Shown piece by piece: positions 37,226-50,272 of a stretch of 64,000 nucleotides of DNA. This DNA is from Azolla caroliniana (taxonomy: Eukaryota; Plantae; Polypodiophyta): positions 11,966,001-12,030,000 of the forward strand of contig JBHGNT010000011.1 of NCBI GenBank assembly GCA_043228905.1. Direction: 5' to 3'. The notes below the pieces were generated by a model. The model was not told the DNA's origin and ran no database searches. It worked only from the letters and a program-made list of their open reading frames with translations. Numbering within the stretch: position 1 is the first letter of the stretch; every line of letters starts with the position of its first letter. Position numbers and translations under genes: made by a program.

Positions 37226-39507
37226 GGATTTTCGACCATGGCATATGTAGTTGTGTTGACCAAAAACTTCGTGTCAAGATAATGCATTGTAGACATTTAT
37301 CAATATACTTCAAATGGGAGACGATGAGAACAATATTGAAGAATGGTTGTAGTGTATGTATCTCATATTGAGATTTTACTAAGATGTTATAGTTGTCAAT
37401 GGTCATATAAGAACTCACGAATGAGATCAATACCTTGAGGCTTGCATGGGAACATTGTGACTACCAAATTTTCTTGTAGTGCATGATATATATGAATCAC
37501 CAAAACGGTGGAAAAGTAATTAATTATACAATGTTTTTGTGTATCATGTCTCTCGACCTGAGTTTCAAAATGTTGATTTTTGGTACCTATTCTCTATATT
37601 AATTATTGTTTAGATTACCACACTTAAAAAACCAAGAACACACATAAACACATGTCATTGCCTCCAAACGATTTCTAGATGTTTGTAGTTTGTTTTTTCG
37701 AAGGTGTCCATATTAGTACAAGGGCAATTGCTTTTCCATTCCAATAGTTCACAATCAAGTTCCAACACGATCTATAGTATAGTAGGACTCAAGCTCAATA
37801 AAGTTCACATGGATACTTTCCTATCATAACCTTGAGCAAGATTAAACTCTTGATTGTTGATACAAGGATAGAATATGAGTCTCAATCCTTGACAAGCATG
37901 ATGAATCACAAAGCCATAATCAAACATTTGTAAGATAAGTTGGTATTAGGAAGACAAAGACATTGTGCATGTCCCTTGAATTGTTCTAAGGTATTCAAAT
38001 GAGACCATAATGGTATGGAATTTATAATCTTATGTCTAGGATAAACATCATGGGAAAAGGATTGCACGTGATTGCTCACATGTAATATTTTTCAACACAT
38101 GTCTTTTTAATTGTCAATGAGGTATAAATGAATATGTACTCACCAAGTTTATATGCATCACATATAGTAAACAATGTAACTAAGTCACAAACAATATTTG
38201 TTCAATAAAGTGCAGTCAAACTTATTATTCTATGTAGTGGTTCTTTACAAGTAGCAATTACATACTAAGACACTTCAACCAAAGGTCAAGATACAAGTCA
38301 ATTACATTTAGAATGCATACCATGGTCCAAACACCAATAATAAGATAGTCATTTCTAAGTTTTAAAGCATAGAGTAGAATATGTCACATTTATACCAAGA
38401 TTCGCTTTGTTACACGTTGCCATGTGCAAAGATGTCGTGGAAATTGATGCTTACAATAGTATCTAAGATTTTGGGAACCGACAAGATGGTAGTTATTTTA
38501 AGCCAGATTATGTTTTTCTTTCATTTATTGGAGGAGGGACAAGGAAGTACCATCATTAAGGCAACTATATATAATGTGGTTGGATGCAGGAAGACAATAA
38601 AGCTAACGAGAAAAACATATAGCATTAATTTTTGGCCATCCAATTTTATAAACTGATTTGGGGGAGTTAGATTATGTGAAACCAAAATCAATTTAACGAC
38701 AAAAAAAAGCAAATAATATTAGTTACAATTTCTTTCTAAGAATTTCAATCATCTTCTTGCTCATTTAATAAATATCTTTGTTGTCTTATATCCCCTATTA
38801 TAAATGATGGTGTTTAATATGTTGACACACCAACTCTGGTGTATAGTCTATGAACAATGTGGATAACCATTGAATTTGTTACCATGTTCAACAATACAAC
38901 ATGTGCTAAAGAGCAAATTGAATGTAAAAAAATTGTTTGTGGCACTCCCCACTAATCATTTACCTAAAAAACCACCTCACTTACCTATGGAAAAATAGTT
39001 TAATCTAATTCTAGTTATCATATTGATGTAATAGCACAATTGGTGGTCCACAAATTCTAAGGTTGTGTGTCCAACCTTTAAGAAATGAATTAATTAGAAG
39101 TTGTGTGTTCAAGCCTTGGGAAATGGTCCACGATGATTCAATGCAAACACTATTCATGTTTTTATTTTGAGATCATGCATACAAACAAAAAGTGATCCTA
39201 AAACTGAAATTCACAATTTAACTCTCCATTTCCCCCCTCCATAGGTTGTTGTGGGGAAAATTTCTTTGCTTGGGTCTGAGGTTGAAAATAGTGGTATCCC
39301 CTACACAATCTGACAACATGTAAGAAATTACATGCTAAACATTTCCTATCTATTGTATGTAAATAAATGCAGCGAGGAGGACAACGGGAAATAAGGCAAT
39401 TGGTTTTGTAAGATTGTTTGAGAGATGTGCAAAGAAATTCCAGATCTATTTATCAATTGGTAAACAAGTAATAGAGCACCCAACCAATATCCTTAGAGGA
39501 TAATTCA

Positions 39508-40160
39508 TTGACTAAACACATGGATGGATCCATACTACCTCTAATGACATCTACCATGCATATTATCTTGTACATGATGAATGACTATGAAACCACAATT
39601 TCCATTAATAAGAACATAACCTATTATCAGTTCCGAGAGATCTGGATGTTGATCATAGGCTTCACCTTGTGGTATGTATGGAAAGCACGCTGCCTAAAGG
39701 CCTTCCAAGCTCTAGTACGGCCCCCGGAGGAATCAATCATGGGTATATGGTTCATGATTATCAGATGCCTACAAGGGCAATTGGACGAGGTTTCCAGCCA
39801 CTCCAACGAAGTGCTCACTACATATTTGCACTTCTAAGTTCTGGCAGAAATGGGGGAACATGCGAATGGGGACGCAAGGAGGGAATGGCTCAAGGTAGAA
39901 CTACCAGCCCCCATGCTAGTTGTTTCCTACTCACCTTCCACCTTCCCTTCGTTGGAGACCACAAGATCCGGCTCATATTGGCCGACGATGCAGGGCACTA
40001 GTGTATAGCTATAGGTACCTACTTACATTAAGTAGTCAGTTTGAAAGGATATGTACATAGTCTCATATTCTTGAACTTGGTTGGAGGGTGATTCCCCAAT
40101 TTATGTATAAGCCACATTGTATAGTCCTTTTGTAATTACAATCTCTCCTAACTAATGGGA
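39508..40160 (+). mobile_element. L1-type LINE 3' remnant
   Basis: REIWMLIIGFTLWYVWKARC matches the W..IW..RN-type C-terminal motif of plant L1 ORF2. Confidence 0.55.
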
Positions 40161-40754
40161 AAATAGCTTCTTTTTTGAAACAAGAATGAAGAAAAGAACA
40201 TAACCTATTATTAGGGAGCGTGAACAATGATGGCAAAAGGCATCCCTAAGGATACACATACCCCAAACTCTAAGGTCTATGATCATAGCATGAGCATCTA
40301 AAATGTAATCTGCCAAAGTTGTTCCTTACAATTAATGGATCAACTCTAAACTCAATGAGCTCCTAATCACAATAGTGATAGGTATGGTTACATTTACAAT
40401 ATATCCTTCTTTGTCTCCACTTTTTTTGATAGTAAAGATTGAATATTACCAATGAATGGAATTTGGAAAATATGCACAAACAAATTCAATAATGTTGGGA
40501 TATCCCACTTTTAAGATGAATATCAAGATATTATAAGTTCTCTCATTGACCCCAAACAAGATAAATATGTGCAATTTTGTCATTGGAACATTAACTTTAG
40601 TTAATTCCTAATGCATTTAAGATGGAGGACTGCGGTTTATCTTCCTCGATGGAAAGCCACTATGAAGCTGATAAAGAGATGTAGTGGAAATGTGGAGAGA
40701 GCAAACATATATTGATTCCTAGCCAAAACTTACAAACCTAACACTTATGGTGGT

Positions 40755-40985
40755 TATCCTTGAAGAGTCAAGGATCTAGGCCTTGTGGAAGAGGTAATTA
40801 AGGATACAAATTGGAGAAAGGCTATGAAGTCTAAGTGGAAGAGTATTCTAAACAACTAGAGTTGGAAGTTCGTTCATAAACTAAGCAAGGTTATTGGGAA
40901 AAGTGAGTTTGAAAGACTAAATGCAAGGATGATGAGTTTGTTGATAAATACAAGTCATGCCTCGTGGCAAAAGAGTATGCGTAGA
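40755..40985 (+). pseudogene. Highly degenerate copia RT fragment
   Basis: WRKAMKS...NN*SW...DKYKSCLVAKEY remnants. Confidence 0.5.
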
Positions 40986-42011
40986 TGAAGGTGTTACAGT
41001 TTGGACAAACCAAGTATGCTTTGTACCACATCCGATGTGTTGAGGGGTTCCGTGATTGGAACCACGAAAACACCACCACGATGGATTGAGGTGAGGGCCT
41101 TTCTTGACACTCATTTAAACCTAATTCCTGATTACTCTTGATCTCTCACACCATAGGTAAAATGTTTTATCACTTTGTATTTGGATATTATCTTGATTTA
41201 TTTCTCTCTATGAGTTTATTATAACATGTGGGGAAATATAACCACCCTCAATATTTTTCTGTATGCATACTTTGACATTTTATATGTTGTGATCTTGTTG
41301 ATTTGGGTTGTGTGAACACTAATAAGTGTGAAGTTCATTAATTAATTATTTACTAATTAATAAAAGATGCAACTCTTGGAGTTGCACAATGTGAAAAGAC
41401 ACAAATTAACGACAAGTTTTGTATAGACACTCATCATAATTACTACAATTATTATTCCGCTTAATACAATTCCATCGTTTCATCATTCCTTGTATGTTGT
41501 GGCATGTTATCTCATGTTCTTCTAATTATCACATGGTATCAAATAGATTGTAGAAATCACAAAGATTGCATACAAATTCCTTGGTTCTCTTGATCCAGAC
41601 AATGAGATTGAGTTAGGGCAACTGCCCTTTAGTCTAATTACAGAAATGTCCTAAACCTAGTTTGTCCACATGGGACAGTGTGAATACGTCCATTATACCC
41701 CGTATTCGACACTCCCCTGTAATGGGTGTATGCAACAAAAAATTTGTAAATAAATGAATAAACAGACTATAGATTTACAAAAGGATGTTGGACAAGTCAG
41801 CTCATAACCGAATTGGTAATGGCTGAAATCAGAAGCCGGATCGGCTAGAAAGAATGAAGTCGAATCGGTTGTGGTGATTGTCGAAAACCGAATTCTGAAA
41901 GTGTTGAAGCCGATTTTCCTGTAAAGAATTATGTGCAGAAGCTTGAAGACCTAACTGACTTCACCAGATGTTAACAGAAACTATACACATTTTAATGGAA
42001 GCTTCAAAACA

Positions 42012-42104
42012 TAGAGATAGATAGATATATTATATTATCGTCTTTGGAGGTCAATTATGACCTATGAGACCAAAAATATTACATTTCACGTGATACATGT
42101 GAAA
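42012..42104 (-). mobile_element. Second copy of the LINE family A 3' end with (ATCT)n tail
   Basis: Reverse complement matches 13591-13690 (TTTCACA.GTATCACGTGAAATGTAATATTTTTGGTCTCATAGGTCATA.TTGACCTCC). Confidence 0.85.
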
Positions 42105-43881
42105 TGTTACGAAGGCGCTCCGGCTCTTCTTTGTGCACAACAGATCGTGATGTGCTGGATCATTTAGTGTGCTCAAGACAGAAAAGGAAGGGGGAAGGAG
42201 ACTTACCTCTGTAGCAACCTAAAAGCTTCTATTTCATTATACGCAGAGAAACCTCTCTCGTCTGTTTTCTTCTTCTCTTACAACTACTCTCTTCTACTAG
42301 ATCTCACTCTTACTTTTTTACCTAAGTATATAAGTGACTTACATATTCAACTAATTAGCTGTGACTAACTAAATAGTTGTGAATAGCTAAATAACAGTTT
42401 TACCTACATGTCCACTAGTAGCTAATTTCCCAATAGCTACTATAGAAGATCTCACTTACCAATATGCATCATATGCTTTTGTTGAGCTTGTTTCTCCATG
42501 CTCCCCCTTAAGCTCAACTTATCCTTTCTTGAGATCATCTTCAGTCTTCTTTCCTTGATGCTTTTCAACTATCATACCAATGGTTATAACTCCCATCATG
42601 TCCTTGAACTGTGTATGTTTTTCCATGCTTAATCCCTTTGTAAGAATATCAACAACTTGCTGATTTGTGCTTACATACAACAGATCCACATCTCCATCAA
42701 TCACTTTTTCCCTAACAAAGTGATAATACACTTTAATGTGCTTTGTTCTTGCATGGAACACTAGGGTTTTTGCGAGCTGAATGCTGCTCATATTGTCACA
42801 CCAAATTGTGACTACACCATCTAAATATTCTCCCAAATCAACAAGCAATCTTCTAATCCATACCTCTTCACAAGTGGCTATTGCAACTCCTCTATATTCA
42901 GCTTCAGTACTTGATAATGCAACAATAGCTTGTTTCTTGCTACTCCATGAAATAGATGCACTTCCCAATGTAAACATATATCCACTTGTGGATCTTCTAT
43001 TAGTTTGGCTTCCAGCCCAATCAACATCTGTATATCCTTCTAGCTTTATGTCCAGATCAGCCCTGTAAAACAATCCATAGTTCTGAGTAGCTTTTCCATA
43101 CCTCACGATTCTTCTAATGCAATCCAAATGTGGCTTTGTTGGCTGTTGCATAAACTGGATGACTAATCCAACAACATAACTCAAATCAGGTCTTGTTATA
43201 GTCAAATATATGAGGTTGCCCACCATAAACATGTACATGTTTACATATTCTAATTTGGCTCCCAAATCAGCCCTCAATTTGCAGTTCTTATCTAGTGGTA
43301 CATCAATAGGTTTGCACCCAAGCATACCATACTTCTTCAACATATTTGTTGCATACTGTTTTGCAACATATATATACCACTTTCAAATCTGATCATCTCA
43401 ATACCAAGAAAGTATCTCAACTCTCCCAAATCTTTCATATGAAATTGCATTTCAAGATTTTTCCTAAGCTTCCTTATTTCATCCATAGAATCACCTCCAA
43501 TGATTAAGTCATCTACATAAATCAAAATCACAACAATGCAATCATTCATCTTCTTTACATATAGTGATGGATCAACTTTTGACATTTTGAAGGCAACATT
43601 TTGATTCTAAAAGTTATTTATGCCATGCTCTCGGTGCTTGTTTCAGTCCATAAAGAGCCTTTTTCAGCTTATAAACATATTCTGGATGCTTCTAATCTTC
43701 AAAACTTGGTGGTTGACACATATACACTTCTTCTTCCAAGTTACCATGTAAAAAAGCATTTTTTACATCCATATGGTAACCCATCTTTTGGCTGCACTCA
43801 CAACAAGTAGTGTCCTCAATGTTGCCATCTTTGCAACTGGTGCAAATGTTTCATCATAATCAATTCCTTGCATTTGGGCAT

Positions 43882-44180
43882 TGTCATGATATGGCAAGAC
43901 TCGAACCCATGACCTTAGGTTATATGGGTCGAGCTCTTGACCATTATATCATCTATTGTAATACATAGGATATTATTTTCATTTACATTTTATTATAGGA
44001 AATTAATGTATATTCCAGATTTCTCTAGAACATTCTAGAAGCTTCGGGATTACTCCTGAGAACACTATAAAAGAGGGAACTAGGCATTATGTTGAACCAA
44101 ATTGGTTCAACGCCAGTCTTTAGCCTCATAGCCCTTTTGTACTTACTCTTCTTATAATATATAATCTGTTATCATCATCT
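43882..44180 (+). repeat. Truncated LTR (starts TGTCATGA) with an antisense tRNA-like A/B-box cassette at 43897-43951
   Basis: TG start interrupts the C3 RT; TATA-like CTATAAAAG at ~44065; minus-strand TGATATAATGG...GGTTCGAGTCT. Confidence 0.55.
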
Positions 44181-44493
44181 CTCTCTCTCTCTCTCTCGTC
44201 CTCGCTATCTCTCTCTCTCTCTCTCTCTCTCTCGCTTCCTCGTCTCTGTGTAACGGCTCTTTCTAACAACCGAGTCAACCAACTCGGTGTCGCGGCCTCC
44301 ACTCCTTTCCTGCTGCTTTGCTTGGTCGTTCGGGACTGTTCTCCCCCTCAAGTTTGGCACGTCGAGGTGACGCAATCCGAGCGCACCGGAGAATTGTCGC
44401 AACTTGTCCAGACCAAGGGGCTTAGTGAAGATGTCGGCAGTCTGCCGATCCGTCGGAACGTACTGAAGTTCGACTTCACCGGAAAGGACACGC

Positions 44494-45283
44494 TGTCGTA
44501 GTGTATTTCGTACACTACGTGAAAAAGTAAAAATAATATAACCGATTTAATTACATATAAATAAATAAAATAATATATCAAGATATTTATCACGTGCATA
44601 GGGCAGGATTCAAACCCTGTACCTCCACATAGCCAAACCTCAACTTTACCATTATGCTACCTTATCTTTAGTGTTCTATAAATAGATTTAATAACTATAA
44701 GTGCTTTATTTGTGCCTACCTTTATTAAAAGGTAAATCATGCATTTTTAGAGTGCGTGAATATTTTATAGTCAAACGCAAGCAACTAAAAAGTGACTCAT
44801 GCACATCTAGCGTGCATGAGCACTATATTTAGCAAATAAAAGCAAGGATTAGAAAAGCATCACATGCACATTTAGTGTGCATGAACATATTAGAAAAAAA
44901 AAGCATGTAGCTATGCTTAGTCTCTCCCATCACTACATAAGGATGGGGAGCACAATGTAATAGGTGTGTGAAATATTTGGAAATTGGATATATTTCCGAA
45001 AACACCAACCGATTAATATAATCGTGGGATTCACGAAAATAATATAATCTATACTTGTGGGATTCACAAGTTTCTTATATCTTTCTTTCAATCTAAATAC
45101 ATATTCTTATCTAAATATTGATTAATCGAATAAAATACACTCGTGGGATTCACGAAATTTCTATCTCTCTTTCTAATAATCTATTTATTACTAGCCTCAT
45201 CTCATATTCTTCTTTCTCCTAGTCCAAAACCTCGGCGGTTCCCACCCGACTCACGCAACGATCCGGAGCCGAAAGGCACGACA
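44494..45283 (+). repeat. Solo LTR (G1-like) inserted in the C4 RNase H, 4-bp TSD ACGC
   Basis: TGTCGT...ACGACA termini; removing the LTR plus one ACGC restores HFARERVLSGEV. Confidence 0.9.
44606..44659 (-). promoter_or_regulatory. tRNA-like Pol III A/B-box cassette in the solo LTR
   Basis: Minus strand TAGCATAATGG...CAGGGTTTGAATCCTG, 43 bp spacing, T-stem CAGG/CCTG. Confidence 0.6.
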
Positions 45284-48200
45284 ACGCTCACGGGCGAAAT
45301 GGTAGTGCACCTCAATGTGCTTGGTCCGTGCGTGGAAAATGGGGTTTTTCACGAGTTGGATGCTGCTGAGGTTGTTGTAGTAGATCGTCGTCGGATCTGA
45401 CACCTCCTCTTGCAGGTCCTTAAGTAGCCGCTTCAACCATATGGCTTCGCATGTCGCGACAGCCGCCCCTCGGTACTCAGCTTCGGTGCTCGACAGTGCA
45501 ACTGTCGACTGCTTCTTACTGCTCCACGCGATCGCGACACTCTCGAGGGAGAACGCGTATCTGGACGTGGATCGGCGATCAGCGGCGTTGCCAGCCCAAT
45601 CAGCATCGGTGTGGCCGACTAATTGCGCGGCTCCACCGGTCCGATATAGCAGTCCCCGGTCCTTAGTGCCATTGACATACCGAAGTATGCGTTGCGCACA
45701 CTGAAGGTGCTCCTCGGTAGGTCGCGCCATGAACTGACTGATCATTCCGATCGGATAACTGAGGTCGGGTCGGGTGATGGTCAAGTATATGAGGCTTCCG
45801 ACAATTTGTCGGAACCTCGTCGGGTCACATACCTTTCCCGTATCGGGACGAAGCTTGATGGTTTTGTCCAGAGGAGTCGAGACAGACTTACAGTCGGCCA
45901 TCCCAAATTTGAAGAGCATACTCAGCACGTAATGATGTTGGCTGATCAATATGCCTTCGGGGGTACGGATCACTTCGATCCTGAGGAAGTAATGAAGGTC
46001 CCCCAGATCCTTCATGTCGAACGATGCCGCAAGCTAGAGCTTCACGCGGTCGATTTCACCTAGGTCGGTGCCGGTGATGACCAAGTCATCAACATATAGC
46101 AAAATACTAACCGGTCCGAGTCGACCTTTTCGGATGAATAGGGAGGAGTCCGATTTTGACGTGACGAAGCCCATCCGACGCAGTTGTTGCGTGATCTTCG
46201 CGTTCCAGGCACGCGGGGCTTGCTTCAGTCCGTAAAGGGACTTCTTCAGTCGGCATACTGTCGAGGAGTTCGTTCCGGAGTGAAATCCGGGGGGCTGTAC
46301 CATGTACACCTATTCCTCAAGGTTACCTTGCAGAAACGCATTCTTTACATCCATCTGATGTAAGTGCCACCCCTTCACTGCAGCTACTGCGAGCAAAACA
46401 CGGACGGTCGTCATTTTCGCGACCGACGCAAACGTCTCATCGTAGTCGATGCCGTGTTTTTGCGTGTAGCCCTTTGCCACTAGCCGAGCCTTGTACTGGT
46501 TGACTGAGCCATCGGTGTTGTACTTGACCTTGTACACCCACCTACACCCGATCAGTTTTACCCCTGTTGGTGCGTCAACCAGGTCCCATGTCTCGTTCTC
46601 CGCCAATGCGTGCATCTCTTCCTCCATCGCGGCGCGCCAATTCGCGTCCTTCGCCGCTTCTGCGTAGCTCTCCGGCTCACGCACTTCCGCTATACGGGTC
46701 ATGTACGCATAATGATGCGCCATGTACTCGTTGTATCGAAACCGCAAAACAGGATTCTTCTGGCGGGTGGATTGGCGTAATCTCACATTAGCCGATGTCG
46801 AGGCCTTCTCGGTCGACGCGGTCTTCACCTTTAAGGACCCGTCACCGGTTCCCTCGGAGTCAGACTCGCGTCGGTCAGACTCGTTCTTATCAGTGCCGGA
46901 ATCCGACACCTTCTTTTTCCCTTTCTCTTTGCGCATAAGCCGTCTCCTCGGCTTCCTGCGCGGGGAATGCACGACCGAGTCTCCACTACTCGCCGGCTCT
47001 TCATCAGACTGGTTGTACCGACTCAGTCGTCCAATCGGTCCACTTAAACGGAGTGAAATCGGACTCTCTTCGCGGGTCTCGATTTTGGGCTCATCCGGAG
47101 GCATCTCGGCCTCGCTGACCTCATCGTCAGAGCTCAGATTGGAGTCAGGGTTCAGAGTCGGGGGTTGGTACCAGGACGCGGACTCGTCAAACACAACGTT
47201 GCGGTTAACACGCGCTTGTTTGGTGCGAGGGTTATAGCACTTATAACCCTTCTGCTCGTCCGAGTAACCAACCAAGATGCATTTCTCGGCCTTTGCGTCC
47301 AACTTCCTCCTTTTCTCCTTCGGTACATGCACATACGCAATGCTACCGAACACCCTCAAGTGTCGCAAGTTCGGCTTCGTTCCGAAATACAGCTCGTGCG
47401 CCGACACTTTGTCTCCGATCCGGTTCTGGATGTATACCGCGGTCCTTACCGCCTCGGCCCAGTAGAACTTGGGCAAGCTCTTCTCCTCCAACATTGCCCG
47501 TGCCGCTTCCACAACTGACCGATTCTTCCTCTCGGCCACGCCGTTCTACTCTGGCGTGTATCTACAACTGAATTCGCGCTGAATTCCCATTTGTTGTAGA
47601 TAACCGTTGAATTGACCGGAAAAGTACTCTTTCCCGCCATCCGATCGCAGGCACTTGATCTTTCATCCCGTTTCCGTTTCCATGAACCCTTTGAGGTCCC
47701 GGAAACAGTCGAAGACTTTGCTCTTCCTCTCAATGAGGTAGATCCACGTGTGCCGCGTGTGGTCGTCGATGAAGGAGACGAAATATCGGCTCCCGCCAAG
47801 ACTAACGTTTTGTGCCGGCCCCCACACATCGGAGTGTATAAGGTCGAGCTTGTTCCGGCTCCGGTTTTGCTCGTTGGGGAAAGGAAGTCGGTGTTGCTTC
47901 CCGAGCTGGCAGGCTTCACAAATTTGTGCCTTTCGGCCACTAAATTTGGGCAATCCGAACACTACCTGTTTCGATTGCAGATCTTGAAGCCGATGGTAGT
48001 TGACGTGGCCTATCCGCTTGTGCCACAAGTCGATGTCCGACTCGGTTTTTCCTCCCTTCGCGAACATTGCGGTGCCGCCGTCAGTGGAGTCGAGGATGAA
48101 CATCGTCCCGTCTCTGCGCCCTTGCGCAATCACACGGCCTTCTTCCTTAATGAGGCACCCGAGGTGTGTAAACCGGACCTCCATCCCTTGGTCGACGATC

Positions 48201-49910
48201 TGTCCGACCGAGACCAAGTTCTTCGTGATTGTCGGAACGTGCAACATGTTCATGAGTTTCCCTTTCTGCCCGACATGGCTAAGGGGAACTTCTCCGACAT
48301 TCGCGATCGGATGCGGAGTGTTGTCTCCAGTTGCGACTACTCCAGGTTGTATTGGTTTTTCAAGGTACGAGAACCACTCCTTATGGCTCGTCATGTGGTT
48401 TGACGCGCCGGAATCTACGTACCACACCTCGTCCGATCTCGGGGTGCTTTGTTTCATTGAGTTTGCTTAGTGTCTCGTCACGAAGGCAGACCCTTCTCCG
48501 GCTCTCCCGGAGTCTTCGACGTAGTGCGATCGCTGCCGATTTCCCTTGTCGGTATGTCTGGAGCCGTTTCCGGAACCGGTTCTCTCCAAATCGGTGCGCT
48601 TCTTCTAGCACTCACTTTCCTTGTGGCCTTTCTTGCCACAATACCAACACTCCGCGATGGCCTTCCCTTGCCGGTTCTCATCGCTTCGACTCCCCCTGTT
48701 TCCGGAGGGTCCGGAGTTGCTGTCGGCATCACTTCGGTGCCTTCTTCCTTGATCTCTTCGGCCGCTTCCATTGCGTACCGACTCGCCTCGTCCGCCACGA
48801 CCACGGGGCCTTTCTCCCTCCGTGTACAACATCTTGTTGTTGGTGCGCGTGCTCGTCGATGCACCCGCGTGGTTGTCCTCTACCAGGAGCATCGACTGTA
48901 AGTCGAAAAAGGACGACGTATTCTCCCGGGTACACACAGCCGTTCGGAACGCTCCGAACTTCGACGCCAAACCTTCGAGACAGATCTGGACCATCTCGCT
49001 CTCCTCGATGTTCACCTCTATGGAGGCGAGGGAGTTGCAGATATCCTTGATCTTCGAGGTATAGTCTGCCACCGACAAGTCGCGCTGTCGTAGGTTGCTC
49101 AACTCCTGTCGGAGTTGAAGCTTCCTGGCTGTGGTGCTCGCTGGGAAAATCTTCTTCAGATTTTCCCACGCACCCTTCGGCATCTTTGCATCCCGAACAT
49201 AGCTCAATAGTTGTTCGCCCACACACGACGCGAAGCAGTATAATACCCTGCTCGCCGATTGCTCCCACGACGGGAAGTCTCTGTGTGTCGATTCGGGTGC
49301 CGCGTCATTAGCTCCTTCGACATAACTCCAGTAGCCATGCCCGAGCAGGTACTGGTGCATCTTGTAGGACCAAGACACGTAGTTGGTTCTGTCGAGCTTC
49401 TCTGTTGGAAGCGAGCTCGCCATGCCTCTATCCATCGTTCTTCTTGTTCTTCTTCGTCAAGCTGTGTCGGCTGCAGAGAGGTTCTCAACCCTCGCGCTCT
49501 GATACCATGTAAAAAGTAACGCGCGGAAGCAAGTATGAAGACCGAACAGAAGGAAGAAAACTCAGGTTTAATGGAGAGCTTGAGCTTACGCAGTATACAC
49601 GGGAGAGATAGAGAGAGTGAGAGAGAGAAAATACAAGAACTATATACAACAAAAATCTCGATTCACTACTCTATACATATGTGTGTTCCATGAACACTTT
49701 TATACAAGTCCTCGAAGGACTGACCGAAGTACTGACCGTACTTCAATGCTCTTTAAGAGCTCCTACACTAACTCCCAAATATATTCCTCACGGAATATCT
49801 TTCCTAACGGCCTCTCGGTTTACGCACTCGGCCTAACAGATCGGTCCCAACCGATCCGATCCTCGTCTTCTTCAGCCGATCCGGCCGATGTTGAGCTTGT
49901 CTCTCAACAA

Positions 49911-50266
49911 CTGGGCTCAAGGAAGGTGCATCCCCAAATGAGGATGCACAAACACTTGGGAAAATGTTAGGGTACACAGAGGCCCTACCTATCACCAAAG
50001 CATGGAGGGCCGGGCGTGACACAACTAGGAAGAGAGCCTTAGTCCTTCAATTTAAAGACTTAGACTCTAGAATCACTTTCTTTAAGAAGAGACCAATCCT
50101 TCGAGGAATGGGTGGGGACCCCATCTATCTCGCTGAAGACCTCACTAAGATGCAAATTGAGCATCGCAAGAGTTGTATGCCACGAGTTATGCAAGCTCGT
50201 AAAGAAGTCCATCACGCATTTTACCGAGACGGGCGAGTGATCATAAATGATCGCACTACTAATTGA
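49911..50266 (+). CDS. LINE ORF1 C-terminal part (RRM/CTD-like), partial
   Basis: ORF 49964-50266, open upstream to the copia LTR junction; I(Y/F)xxEDLT motif. Confidence 0.7.
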
Positions 50267-50272
50267 CGGCGT

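Larger units (their letters stand above)
44200..49909 (-). mobile_element. Ty1/copia element C4 (gag-PR-INT-RT-RH, few disablements; 3' LTR missing)
   Basis: 5' LTR 49508-49909, PBS-iMet 49496-49507. Gag 48605-49435 with CWYCGKKGHKESEC; PR WYVDSGASNHM; INT IHSDVWGP; RT YVDDL; RH SSTEAEY. Confidence 0.92.

Noticed and set aside
29000-41700. Short ORFs in the AT-rich spacer
   Set aside because: No recognisable motifs apart from the L1 and copia remnants listed; likely decayed repeats.
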